A stretch of DNA of 64,000 bases from positions 475-64,474 of the forward strand of contig JAGCOW010000060.1 of assembly GCA_017642535.1 (NCBI GenBank). Reading direction: 5' to 3'. Source of the DNA: Bacteroidales bacterium (GTDB taxonomy: Bacteria > Bacteroidota > Bacteroidia > Bacteroidales > UBA1715). The translations under genes were made by a program, and so were the position numbers. Of this stretch, positions 10,201-19,093 are shown in pieces. Positions within the stretch are counted from its first letter, which is position 1. The number at the start of each line of letters is the position of its first letter. Below the pieces are notes generated by a model. It did not search any database. It worked only from the letters and a program-made list of their open reading frames with translations, and had not been told where the DNA came from.

Positions 10201-10587
10201 TTGATAAGGATCTTTATCATACCGATTACATGCTTCATAGTAGTCCAACAGATACTTCACATCGGGTTCGTAGTTTAACCACGAATAATTTCCCATGTTG
10301 TCATCTATTTTATTCAATAAAGAATCTGAAACTGTATAATGGTAGAATTCGACAATCTCAGCATATTGTATTTTATTAAGAAACAAATTCAGATTGTCTA
10401 AAACTTTATCTGAATCTAGAATAGGATTATAACCATGGCATTTAATTCGTGGATTTTCTTCCTCAAATTCTATATCATCTATTGCTATCCAGTACTTTGT
10501 TTCTTGTTCTTTTTGATTCAAATACACAATATAAACCCACTTCTCTTCTCGAATCGCTTGAAAAAGTTTTTTACAAATGTCTTGCAT
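7270..10587 (-). CDS. multidomain protein: unknown WYL-like N-domain + SF1 Upf1/DNA2-type helicase + Vsr/DUF2726-like endonuclease domain + C-terminal double zinc ribbon
   Basis: Helicase motifs are GPPGTGKT (9487-9510), DEAGQ (~8727-8744), LLVGDPQQLKP, TIHAMQGGEKQTIIFS and NVAETRAKKRFVI. The nuclease-like signature is FDCVLY...VVIEINGGEHF...GWKCLMIP. Four CxxC pairs lie in the last ~65 aa. I prefer the ATG at 10587 over the upstream TTG at 10602. Confidence 0.85.
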   Translation of the reverse strand: MQDICKKLFQAIREEKWVYIVYLNQKEQETKYWIAIDDIEFEEENPRIKCHGYNPILDSDKVLDNLNLFLNKIQYAEIVEFYHYTVSDSLLNKIDDNMGNYSWLNYEPDVKYLLDYYEACNRYDKDPYQKECFLIPGIDLSMLMKNKSIKLNKEQKDYVLKIFKNRQFVNEKRNYEEFALSRFSIDKQDKHYIVCYYNVMFNPINECLSIDETLRFNKSFIHKRLLEEKIADEDAYKSTLFQYTEMDVDEFIENFRNDEESSIAIIENNLRNGEISNTRPEIVLLEREVPVDLKATYNAIVKRIVEGHLNVPLKSFLGRINGRDKRRKEPQIIICDDKINVDQTRVLYNAMKQPVTFVQGPPGTGKTQTILNVVLNGFYNDKTLLICSANNKPVDGIIEKLSVTYNGEKIPFPYIRLGNKEQVKKAITQIKDLFDFYINREPDDDKMNKIKLSTNEKNEKLQEISKRQENFIRNTEYKNNAQKLYDFVKQYSNQFTNNIEKNIRKLISELNKNQEVKNEEVKELFTPLSEDYKLQQFFYFLSLKCIKTLHHSNYDDLKNICTLTNEDDRVKEFNKWLANDENMKKFVKVFPIIFTTNISAQRLGTPNFMFDLVVMDEAGQCNVAHSLIPITKADSLLLVGDPQQLKPIVVLEDSINKMLRKKYSIPEGYDYKHNSILDIMRNHDSISQYVVLTYHYRCAKKIIDFANQKYYSSCLNLSAIKEDGALISIPVKNENVVEKNSAYDEAVEIIKYIERNNVHDATIITPFVKQKELFNQLLKQRNLSDIDCCTIHAMQGGEKQTIIFSTALSKKTSQRTFEWIKNNIELINVAETRAKKRFVIAYDEDAIKHKSKNCSNDLLDLINYVKSNGEIHVPENEVLKIELGKSNGSYYENEFYKTISHFCTVHTSFEVKRNVAFSEIFVDDEELKKSKSEFDCVLYEKRNGRLYPQVVIEINGGEHFGDKSREQSDARKISICKEKGWKCLMIPNSFVKSYEQLRTIISESKDIVDTQGSFNFDDTEDNNISTNQKTETTQKVSRSKHEGYCIRCRKEIPFNPQSPYCKSCYYTWNSYGGYEYYSENYCHRCGSISYRICFERPECKSCYYK

Positions 10588-10610
10588 AATAAAAAGAAAC
10601 AAAATACAAA

Positions 10611-10618
10611 CAAATATA
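10611..10618 (-). promoter_or_regulatory. Bacteroidota-type -7 box (TAnnTTTG on minus strand)
   Basis: Plus-strand CAAATATA is TATATTTG on the minus strand, 24 nt upstream of the ATG at 10587. Confidence 0.45.
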
Positions 10619-10705
10619 ACTAAACATCTAATACAAAGTATTACAATCAGTTATTTGTTTTGTGTAAAATCTTCCGATTTTGTTTGGCGAAAGAATAAAT
10701 ACCCG

Positions 10706-11374
10706 TTATTTCCCTTCAAAATATTTCAAGAAACAATTTGGCACTGGTGATTCAAAAATCAACTGCTCGTGCGTTACGGGATGAACAATCACCAAGCGGT
10801 TGTTGTGGAGCATCAATCGTTTTTCGGGAGAGGTTTTCGCTCCATATTTCTTATCGCCTGCAATTGGCCAGCCGTGTTCCGACAAATGCACGCGAATTTG
10901 ATTTTTTCGTCCCGTAAGTATCTGAACGTCAAGCATTGCCATATTTTTATTTTCGGCAACAACCTTAAATCGCGTAATCGCCAATTTTCCAATTTCCGTA
11001 TTGCGGGTGGAATGGACAAACATTGCAGAATTTTCGGTAAGATACGAACGGATTTCTGCTTTTTTTGGATTGGGAACTGCCTCTGTCACAGCAACATACC
11101 GTCGGTCTAAAATGTAATCGTTCCAATTGTCACGCAACAAATGCTGGATTTCTTCGTCTTTGGCAAACATCAGTATTCCCGATGTGAACTGGTCGAGTCG
11201 GTGGCATACGAACGCATCGCCACGGGGATTTTTCCGTTTTACGTATTCCCGAACCAGATGCCACGCATTTTCGTCCTTTGCCGTGGGATGGTTCACCGAC
11301 AGCAATCCCGACGGCTTTTCAATCACGACAAGCCATTTGTCTTCGTAAATGATATGCAGTTTCTTACTCGCCAC
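10706..11374 (-). CDS. RluA-family pseudouridine synthase
   Basis: HRLDQFTSGILMFAK (catalytic Asp motif) and GRKNQIRVHL are present. Confidence 0.85.
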   Translation of the reverse strand: MASKKLHIIYEDKWLVVIEKPSGLLSVNHPTAKDENAWHLVREYVKRKNPRGDAFVCHRLDQFTSGILMFAKDEEIQHLLRDNWNDYILDRRYVAVTEAVPNPKKAEIRSYLTENSAMFVHSTRNTEIGKLAITRFKVVAENKNMAMLDVQILTGRKNQIRVHLSEHGWPIAGDKKYGAKTSPEKRLMLHNNRLVIVHPVTHEQLIFESPVPNCFLKYFEGK

Positions 11375-11375
11375 G

Positions 11376-12641
11376 TTATTGGTTTGCTATGTTTCGATAA
11401 AACTGCTCTACGTCGTTCCACTTGTAATATGGCGCAATGTCGCTATGAATAGGTAAATCCACCTCTTTTTCGTTCAGCAGGAACTTCACCAAAACCACGT
11501 CGGATTTCTTCGACTTGTAAAACACGACTTGAAGATTTGCCCCCATAGGAATTATCTTGAAATCGCACCACACCGTGCTCAGATATTCAAAATCAGTGGT
11601 TTTGACATTGCAACCCTCCAACTGCATCAGGCAGCAAAGCGGCAACAATCCCGTATCGTGACCGAAACGCAAAGTGGCGCTCACACCATTTCCGTCCAAC
11701 GCCTTGTCAGCTTCGTCAAGGAAATGAGTCAGAAGATTTTTGGCGAACAACATTCCCCTATTCCGTGTCAACGGACAATTGCCGTAGGCACCATACCACC
11801 ACGCATTTTGCACCAACCAGCAACCATATAGTTCGTCGGCAGTAAACACGTCGTCAAAATCAAAATCCAAATCATCGATTCCCTGCATTGTGCCATTCAC
11901 TTCGTGCAATTTCCGCATAAACTCAACAGAATTGATATGTTGTGCAACATACACTGAATCAGTGAATAACGATTTCATCATCCGTTCGGGGTGTACATAT
12001 TTTTCGTGAAAAGCCGAATACGGATTCGACCAAAGCGTATCGTCCATCACACGGCAGATAGTGTCCCACGAATCGTTACAAATAAAGTACATCAGCCGTT
12101 TGCTCGATTCGGCGGTAATGTTCACATCGGGGCGCATTGCCTTCACCTGCGAGCAAAAAGCATCCATACTCATAATGCATCGTTGTGAGGTAGAAATGCT
12201 CACGTCAATTTGGGCTTTCCCCTGAAAGATTTCGGGATATTTTTTCACCATTCGTTCTGCAATAGCAGCGTGCTGTCGCCGTCCCGTCTGCGTTAAATCG
12301 CCTGCGCGGAGATATGCGTCGTCATACAGGCGATATGCCCTGTCGGCAACCGATTTGCCAAAATCCGTCAGCACACCGGCAGAATCCGCCTTTTTGAACA
12401 AATCGTTAAAATATTTGTAATCGTCGGCACTCCAATGATACCGCGAGCCGTGACGGCCATAATGGCTGATATACACTGGCTTATACCCTTTGGGAGCAGG
12501 AGTGTATTTTTCCGTTGGCACCTGATATGCAAAGTGATTGTCGCCCATTTTGTTGTGGTCGGCGTAGAGTTCTTCTTTTACGGATTGAGCCGAAGAAACA
12601 ACAGCAATGAGAAGAGAGAGAAATAAAGTTAGTTTTTTCAT
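11376..12641 (-). CDS. histidine acid phosphatase family protein (secreted)
   Basis: RHGSR motif (YGRHGSRYHW), distal HD motif (RFGHDTGLL) and signal peptide MKKLTLFLSLLIAVVSSAQS. The start at 12641 avoids overlap with xth. Confidence 0.75.
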   Translation of the reverse strand: MKKLTLFLSLLIAVVSSAQSVKEELYADHNKMGDNHFAYQVPTEKYTPAPKGYKPVYISHYGRHGSRYHWSADDYKYFNDLFKKADSAGVLTDFGKSVADRAYRLYDDAYLRAGDLTQTGRRQHAAIAERMVKKYPEIFQGKAQIDVSISTSQRCIMSMDAFCSQVKAMRPDVNITAESSKRLMYFICNDSWDTICRVMDDTLWSNPYSAFHEKYVHPERMMKSLFTDSVYVAQHINSVEFMRKLHEVNGTMQGIDDLDFDFDDVFTADELYGCWLVQNAWWYGAYGNCPLTRNRGMLFAKNLLTHFLDEADKALDGNGVSATLRFGHDTGLLPLCCLMQLEGCNVKTTDFEYLSTVWCDFKIIPMGANLQVVFYKSKKSDVVLVKFLLNEKEVDLPIHSDIAPYYKWNDVEQFYRNIANQ

Positions 12642-12651
12642 ACAAATCAAT

Positions 12652-13410
12652 TTAAAATTCCACAACAACCGGACAATGATCCGAAAAATTCAGTTCTGGT
12701 TTTATCCAGGCATTTTTCATTTTTTTTGCCAAATCGGTGCTGACCATATTGTAGTCAATGCGCCAGCCAAGGTTTTTTGGCTTGCAACCGCCTCGGTAGC
12801 TCCACCACGAATATTGTTCGGGCTGTGTGTTGAACTCTCGGAAGCTGTCAACAAAACCGCTCGCCACAAATCTGTCCATCCACTCACGTTCGTTCGGCAA
12901 GAAACCCGACACATCTTCGTGCTTTTCTGGATGATTTATGTCGATTGGTTTATGACAGATATTGTAATCGCCTGAAACAATGATATTTGGATGCGTTTTA
13001 CGCAACTCGTTCGTATAGTTCAAAACCAACTCCAAATATTCCTCCTTCTTCTCCTGACGCACGTCGCCCGAAGTTCCCGAAGGGAAATAAGAATTTATCA
13101 ACGTAAAATCCTCAAAATCAAGACGAAGAAAACGTCCTTCACTATCAAAGAAATCGTTTCCGATTCCCTTTATGACATTCTTCGGTTTCAGCTTGGTGAA
13201 CGTCGCCACGCCGCTGTAGCCCTTGCGTTCGGCCGCAAACCAATGAATTTCATATCCAAACATACGCAACATATCCACATCGACCTGTTCCTGCATGGCC
13301 TTAGTCTCCTGAATATGAATCACATCGGGCATCTCGGTTTCGAGCCACTCCATAACCCCCTTTGAAATTGCGGCACGAATGCCATTCACGTTATACGAAA
13401 TCAGTTTCAT
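12652..13410 (-). CDS. xth: exodeoxyribonuclease III
   Basis: MKLISYNVNGIRA N-terminus, QETK motif and C-terminal SDHCPV. Confidence 0.9.
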   Translation of the reverse strand: MKLISYNVNGIRAAISKGVMEWLETEMPDVIHIQETKAMQEQVDVDMLRMFGYEIHWFAAERKGYSGVATFTKLKPKNVIKGIGNDFFDSEGRFLRLDFEDFTLINSYFPSGTSGDVRQEKKEEYLELVLNYTNELRKTHPNIIVSGDYNICHKPIDINHPEKHEDVSGFLPNEREWMDRFVASGFVDSFREFNTQPEQYSWWSYRGGCKPKNLGWRIDYNMVSTDLAKKMKNAWIKPELNFSDHCPVVVEF

Positions 13411-13471
13411 TACATTTTCTATTTTTACAAAAATACGTTTTTAAGATTTTTTTCTCCCCTTTTCTTTACAT

Positions 13472-14305
13472 TTATTCAAACGGAATCAAAAAAGAAGGCA
13501 TTCCCATCGCATAGCAACCTATTTCATATACTTGATATGAAGCAACAATACCTTTGTCCGTCACGTATAAATTTGAAGGGAAAGGAATCTTATTATCGTC
13601 CAAAGTAAGCAAATCAAACAATTCTTCGTCGGATGAAACTTCAAAATATTGTTTCAATCCATTTTTTATAAGTTCATCCTGTTTTGATTTACCATACTTC
13701 TCAAGCAAATCGGAATCATAACGGTGCCCGGTTTGCTTATTGAACGTTGCACCCACATACACATAGGAACCATGAGCGCCATACAGATACTCATAATCAC
13801 TGAAACCCATTGTAACCAACGTGTCATTTTCATAAAGCAGAGAAACCTTATATTCTTGAGTCAATGGCTCATCAAGCACAGTGTTGGGATCAGAAAAGAA
13901 CTCGTCTTCTGCCAAATACTCTTTCATATTTTTCATATTTGAATCAGAAAAACGATTTGCAAGCGTGGAAATATCATCTTTCATCACACACGAGGAATCG
14001 CAAAACAGTTGACAAATCCATGAATTAACGCTATCGCATAAAACAGGAAACTGTTCATTCTCAGACTTTGGCATCCACTGACAATACAGTTCAGTTTTAT
14101 AAAGATTTCCCGTATTATTCGCATTGAGAATCGAATCACTAAGTTCCACGTTATGAAAAACGATAGTACATGGCGTTTCTATTTTTTCCTGCGAAACGTT
14201 TTCAACACTGTCGGAAGACGATTCTTGCTTAGGTTTGTCGGACGAAGTACACGCAACGACATTCAACAGCAAAAAAGCAATGATAACACAATATGATTTT
14301 TTCAT
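13472..14305 (-). CDS. lipoprotein, DUF3298/DUF4163-like
   Basis: Lipobox (LLLNVVACTSS) and the YLYGAHGSYVYVGATFNKQTG motif typical of DUF3298. Confidence 0.6.
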   Translation of the reverse strand: MKKSYCVIIAFLLLNVVACTSSDKPKQESSSDSVENVSQEKIETPCTIVFHNVELSDSILNANNTGNLYKTELYCQWMPKSENEQFPVLCDSVNSWICQLFCDSSCVMKDDISTLANRFSDSNMKNMKEYLAEDEFFSDPNTVLDEPLTQEYKVSLLYENDTLVTMGFSDYEYLYGAHGSYVYVGATFNKQTGHRYDSDLLEKYGKSKQDELIKNGLKQYFEVSSDEELFDLLTLDDNKIPFPSNLYVTDKGIVASYQVYEIGCYAMGMPSFLIPFE

Positions 14306-14382
14306 AACTCAGTTTTTACAAAAATAAAAAAGAAATGTTTTACGAACTTTCTCCAACAACAATTTATTTGGAAACTGTTTCT

Positions 14383-14390
14383 TATTTTTG
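14383..14390 (+). promoter_or_regulatory. Bacteroidota-type -7 box (TAnnTTTG)
   Basis: TATTTTTG lies 17 nt upstream of the ATG at 14407. Confidence 0.4.
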
Positions 14391-14406
14391 TAAAAATTTT
14401 CAAGTT

Positions 14407-14826
14407 ATGGCTCAAATTGAATTAACAAATACGCAGTTTCAAAATCTCCTTCAACTTGCCTATTTAGGCGAATGGGTCTTGCAAGCATACGAACCTGCCG
14501 ACAATGCCGGAGAAATCGACTCCTTGGAACAAAATCTCTATGCAAGTGCCTATCGACAAGGCAACGACGACATAGAATATGACAAAAAACTGGGTGGATA
14601 CGTACCTTGTCAAGAATTTGAGGAAGATTGTGACAAAATCATTGAAAAATATGACGAGCACACCTTCTGGGAAGAGCTCATCATTCGTATGGCAAATCGT
14701 GATTTACAAAAATCGGGAGCTGACAAACTACCAGCCAAAGAATTTGAAAAAAAGCAAAACGAACTCATTCAGAAATATGAGAAAGAATTTGCAAAAAACG
14801 GCATTGCAAATTTAAAATTGACATAA
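14407..14826 (+). CDS. hypothetical protein (139 aa, acidic)
   Basis: The ORF has coding-like composition, and the internal ATG at 14407 (MAQIELTN) follows a -7 box. I recognise no family. Confidence 0.5.
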   Translation: MAQIELTNTQFQNLLQLAYLGEWVLQAYEPADNAGEIDSLEQNLYASAYRQGNDDIEYDKKLGGYVPCQEFEEDCDKIIEKYDEHTFWEELIIRMANRDLQKSGADKLPAKEFEKKQNELIQKYEKEFAKNGIANLKLT

Positions 14827-14833
14827 CAAACCT

Positions 14834-15766
14834 ATGAAAGGACTTGTTTTAAAATCGACGGGAAACATTTACAAAGTCAAACAGGAAACGGGCGACGTCA
14901 TAGAGTGCCGAATCAAAGGAAAACTTCGACTTAACGGCATTCGTAGCACAAATCCCATCGCCGTTGGCGATTATGTCATTTATGATTTAGAAAACGAAAA
15001 GTCTGGTCTCATCACCGACATTGCCGACCGCAAGAACTACATCATCCGTAAAGCGTCGAATTTATCCAAAGAATCGCAAATAATCGCCGCAAACATTGAT
15101 ATGGCATACATTGTGGTTACCATTCACTCTCCACAGACGTTGTTGCAGTTTGTCGATAGATTCTTGGTAACCGCCGAGGCATACGACATTCCTTGTACGA
15201 TTCTCATCAACAAATCTGATTTGTTTCAATCGTCTGAAGACCAAGCCGTTATTGATGAATGGAAAGAAATCTATCGTCTGGCTGGATACGAAGTTCTTTG
15301 CATTTCTACAAAAACAGGTCAAAATATGGATGAATTACAAAAGCGTCTGGCTGGCAAAGTATCCGTACTTTCTGGTAATTCTGGCGTGGGAAAAACATCC
15401 ATCATAAAAGCGGTTACAAATCTCACCGAATTAAAGACAAGCGAGATTTCAAAATCGTTCCACAAAGGTCAACATACAACAACCTTTGCCGAAATGTATG
15501 AAACCACCAACGGAGGAGCCATTATCGACACTCCGGGAGTTAAGGCATTTGGTCTGCTCAATATGGAAAGCGAAGAAATCAGTCAATATTTTCCTGAAAT
15601 TTTCAAGTACTCGTCTGATTGTCAATACTATAATTGTACACATTCACACGAACCAAATTGTAATGTGATTAAAGCTGTGGAAGAAGGAAAGATTGCTCTT
15701 TCGCGATATAAAAATTATCTTGCATTTATGGACGACAAAAATGCAAAACACCGTGAAGCACAATAA
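14834..15766 (+). CDS. rsgA: ribosome small-subunit-dependent GTPase A
   Basis: Circularly permuted GTPase motifs (INKSDL, SGNSGVGKTSII) and a C-terminal zinc motif (CQYYNCTHSHEPNC). Confidence 0.9.
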   Translation: MKGLVLKSTGNIYKVKQETGDVIECRIKGKLRLNGIRSTNPIAVGDYVIYDLENEKSGLITDIADRKNYIIRKASNLSKESQIIAANIDMAYIVVTIHSPQTLLQFVDRFLVTAEAYDIPCTILINKSDLFQSSEDQAVIDEWKEIYRLAGYEVLCISTKTGQNMDELQKRLAGKVSVLSGNSGVGKTSIIKAVTNLTELKTSEISKSFHKGQHTTTFAEMYETTNGGAIIDTPGVKAFGLLNMESEEISQYFPEIFKYSSDCQYYNCTHSHEPNCNVIKAVEEGKIALSRYKNYLAFMDDKNAKHREAQ

Positions 15767-15767
15767 G

Positions 15768-16433
15768 TTACCAATCTATTGGCGTCTCCCCTTGTGCTTG
15801 TAAAATTTCGTTTGTCAAGGAAAAATGCTTACAACCGAAAAAACCGTTATAAGCCGACAACGGCGACGGATGAGCCGCTTTTAACACAAAATGTTTTGAG
15901 GCGTCAATCAACGAGGCCTTATCCTGTGCAAATCGTCCCCAAAGCAAGAACACGACGCCAGTCTTCTTGTCAGAAATCGTTTTTATGACGCTATCGGTAA
16001 ATTGTTCCCACCCTTTCTTTTGATGCGAACCAGCTTGATTTGCACGTACCGTCAATGTTGCGTTTAGAAGCATTACACCTTGTCGAGCCCAACGTTCCAA
16101 GTTGCCACTTTCGGGAATTTCTTTTCCTAAATCGGAATGTATCTCTTTAAATATATTCACCAACGATGGCGGTTTTTGTACCCCTTCGGGAACGGAAAAC
16201 GACAATCCATGTGCTTGTCCAGGTCCATGATATGGATCTTGCCCGATAATCACCACTTTCACTTTGTCAAACGGCGTATAGGCAAACGCATTAAATATAT
16301 TGGGACCAGCAGGATACACCACATATTTTTTCTTCTCTTCAACCAAGAAATTTTTTAGATTGACAAAATATGGTTTGTTAAACTCTGGCAACAACACCTG
16401 TTTCCACGATTCTTCTATTTGCGGATCAATCAT
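15768..16433 (-). CDS. ung: uracil-DNA glycosylase (family 1)
   Basis: GQDPYH, LLLNATLTV and HPSPLSA motifs. Confidence 0.92.
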   Translation of the reverse strand: MIDPQIEESWKQVLLPEFNKPYFVNLKNFLVEEKKKYVVYPAGPNIFNAFAYTPFDKVKVVIIGQDPYHGPGQAHGLSFSVPEGVQKPPSLVNIFKEIHSDLGKEIPESGNLERWARQGVMLLNATLTVRANQAGSHQKKGWEQFTDSVIKTISDKKTGVVFLLWGRFAQDKASLIDASKHFVLKAAHPSPLSAYNGFFGCKHFSLTNEILQAQGETPIDW

Positions 16434-17340
16434 TTTCTCGTATTTTTCCTATTAGCAGTCCTTTTGTCACATTCCAACGAAAACGCAATATCATATTGGC
16501 TTTCTTCGGTTTCAGCAAAAGCAAATAAAATAACCACAACACGAAAGAGCCGCCCCATTTAAATATTTCTTTCAAAAGCGACACGAGATATTGTCCCACA
16601 CTATTGCAACGGACTTTTTCGCTCACGCCGGCACCATACGCCATTCGCTTCACATAGTCAACTGTCGTTCTGTTCTGTGGAATAACGTGATTTACAACCA
16701 CATGAGGGAAGTAAAACACGGGCATTTTCAGCTTTTTTATTCGTTCAAAATAATCTTTTTCCTCGCCACCCATCAGATTTTTCTTTGAACGACCAAGTTT
16801 TTCGTTGAACAAGCCGACCTTTTCTATACAAGCACGACGAAATCCCATATTCGCACCAATCGGGTACGAATTTCCCCGAAACAAGCCAGTATATTGATAT
16901 TTGTCAATAGCAGAAACAATCGGCATCAAACGGGGCGACATCCACTCTGGTTCCTTGCCACTTTCGTACAACGGAATTATTTTTCCGCCAAACGCCATCA
17001 TTTCTGGATATTGTGACAAGTTGACCTGCAAGTATTTCAAGTAATCGGACTGAACAAACGCATCATCGTCAAGAAAGACAAGGCAATCACCTTTTGCTTC
17101 GGCTATCCCACGATTTCTCGCCGCCGAAAGTCCTTGTTTTGTTTCTACAACATAAGAATATTGTACGTTGGGAAAATCGGCACGAAAACGTTTGCATTCC
17201 TCTTCCGTATTGTCAGTACAATTGTTGTTTATCAACACAACCTCATAATCGTTGATAGGGAAATCATTGAGAGCGATACATTTAAGCGTTCTATAAATGT
17301 ATGCACCACGATTATACGTACAGACAATTAACGAAATCAT
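16426..17340 (-). CDS. glycosyltransferase family 2
   Basis: ISLIVCTYNR, the NNNCTDNT and LDDDA (DxD) motifs, and a C-terminal membrane segment. Overlaps ung by 8 nt. Confidence 0.8.
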   Translation of the reverse strand: MISLIVCTYNRGAYIYRTLKCIALNDFPINDYEVVLINNNCTDNTEEECKRFRADFPNVQYSYVVETKQGLSAARNRGIAEAKGDCLVFLDDDAFVQSDYLKYLQVNLSQYPEMMAFGGKIIPLYESGKEPEWMSPRLMPIVSAIDKYQYTGLFRGNSYPIGANMGFRRACIEKVGLFNEKLGRSKKNLMGGEEKDYFERIKKLKMPVFYFPHVVVNHVIPQNRTTVDYVKRMAYGAGVSEKVRCNSVGQYLVSLLKEIFKWGGSFVLWLFYLLLLKPKKANMILRFRWNVTKGLLIGKIREND

Positions 17341-17341
17341 A

Positions 17342-18400
17342 TTATTTCAAAATCAACAAAGCGTCACCGTAAGAACCGAACTTATATCCTTCTTTGATAG
17401 CCGTCTCGTATGTTTTCTTAACCAAATCGAAACCGCCGAAAGCACACACCATCATATACATAGTAGATTGTGAAAGATGGAAGTTCGAAATGAGTCGATT
17501 GGCAATTGAAAAATCGTACGGAGGGAAAATGAATTTATTCGTCCATCCATCGAAAGGTTTCAAGAATCCGTTCATCGAAACAGACGATTCCATAGCACGC
17601 AATACAGTGGCTCCACACGCACAAACATTATGGCGATTTTCTTTTGCCTCGTTCACCTTGTCGGCAATTTCCGGAGTGATAATCATTCGTTCGGAATCCA
17701 TTTTGTGTTTGGTCAAATCCTCAACTTCAACAGCGCTGAAATTGCCTAATCCCATGTGTAACGTAAGATATTCAATATTTACACCTTTGATTTCCAAACG
17801 TTTCATCAATTCACGACTGAAGTGTGTTCCCGCAGCCGGCAAAGCCACTGAGCCCTCTTCCGTAGCAAATATGTTTTGGAAACGGTCTTGGTCAGAATCT
17901 TCCACGTTGCGAATTGTCCGAATATGGTCGGGAAGCGGTGTTTCGCCTAACGAGAACAAAATTTTCTTGAATGTGTCATAATCTTCTTCGCACAAGAAAC
18001 GGATCGTTCTTCCGCGTGAAGTTGTATTATCGATTACCTCGGCAACAAGTTCATCATTTTCACCGAAATACAATTTGTTACCAATACGGATTTTACGAGC
18101 AGGGTCAACAAGCACATCCCAAAGATATTGCTCACGATTCAATTCGCGCAACAAAAACACTTCGATCTTTGCTCCCGTACGTTCCTTGTTTCCGTACAAT
18201 CTCGCAGGAAAAACTCTTGTGTTATTCAACACCAAAACATCTTGATCTTCAAAATAATCAATGATATTCTTAAAAATCTTGTGTTCGATTTTTCCCGTTT
18301 TTGCGTCCAAGACAAGCAAACGAGCTTCATCACGATTTTCTGACGGATACAACGCAATTGATTCTGTTGGAATCTTCAATCTAAATTCTGATAACTTCAT
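17342..18400 (-). CDS. queA: S-adenosylmethionine:tRNA ribosyltransferase-isomerase
   Basis: The N-terminus [19 protein letters not shown]...RDEARLLVL and the overall 352-aa length are typical of QueA. Confidence 0.9.
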   Translation of the reverse strand: MKLSEFRLKIPTESIALYPSENRDEARLLVLDAKTGKIEHKIFKNIIDYFEDQDVLVLNNTRVFPARLYGNKERTGAKIEVFLLRELNREQYLWDVLVDPARKIRIGNKLYFGENDELVAEVIDNTTSRGRTIRFLCEEDYDTFKKILFSLGETPLPDHIRTIRNVEDSDQDRFQNIFATEEGSVALPAAGTHFSRELMKRLEIKGVNIEYLTLHMGLGNFSAVEVEDLTKHKMDSERMIITPEIADKVNEAKENRHNVCACGATVLRAMESSVSMNGFLKPFDGWTNKFIFPPYDFSIANRLISNFHLSQSTMYMMVCAFGGFDLVKKTYETAIKEGYKFGSYGDALLILK

Positions 18401-19092
18401 AATACACTATTTTCCTGTTCTATAATTTCTTGAAACTTTTCTATTGTAATACAATCTTCCAAACCAACTTCTCCAACTTTTGTGCGTTGCAACGCCGTCA
18501 AATAAGCTCCGCACTTCAATTCTTCACCAATATCCCTCGCCAGTGAACGAATATAGGTGCCTTTGCTACATGAAACTTTGATTGTTATATGTGGTAAATT
18601 ATACTCTAATAATTCTATTTTGTCAATGCGAACGATGCGTGGTTCTATTTCAACATCCTTGTTTTTTCGAGCCAACTCGTAAGCTCTCGTTCCGTTCACA
18701 CGTATTGCAGAATACAACGGTGGCACTTGCGATATTTCACCGACAAACTTTTTCAACGTTGCCTCCACCAATTCTTTTGTCACAAAATCAATCGGGAACG
18801 TCGCATTTTCCTCGGTTTCTTTGTCAAACGACGGCGTTGTGGCTCCCAATTTGAGCGTTGCAACATATTCCTTATCTTGATGAAGATAGGAATCAATCTT
18901 TTTTGTGGCCTTTCCCGTACACACTATCATCACGCCCGTTGCAAGCGGATCAAGCGTTCCAGCATGACCAACCTTGATTTTTTTCACACCGAGGGAACGA
19001 CGTAACACGTACCTCGTCTTGTTCACCACATCAAACGAAGTCCACTGCAACGGTTTATCGAAATATAAAACTTCTCCCTCTAAAAAATCCAT
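18397..19092 (-). CDS. truB: tRNA pseudouridine(55) synthase
   Basis: [14 protein letters not shown] catalytic motif. There is a 4-nt overlap with queA. Confidence 0.9.
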   Translation of the reverse strand: MDFLEGEVLYFDKPLQWTSFDVVNKTRYVLRRSLGVKKIKVGHAGTLDPLATGVMIVCTGKATKKIDSYLHQDKEYVATLKLGATTPSFDKETEENATFPIDFVTKELVEATLKKFVGEISQVPPLYSAIRVNGTRAYELARKNKDVEIEPRIVRIDKIELLEYNLPHITIKVSCSKGTYIRSLARDIGEELKCGAYLTALQRTKVGEVGLEDCITIEKFQEIIEQENSVL

Positions 19093-19093
19093 A

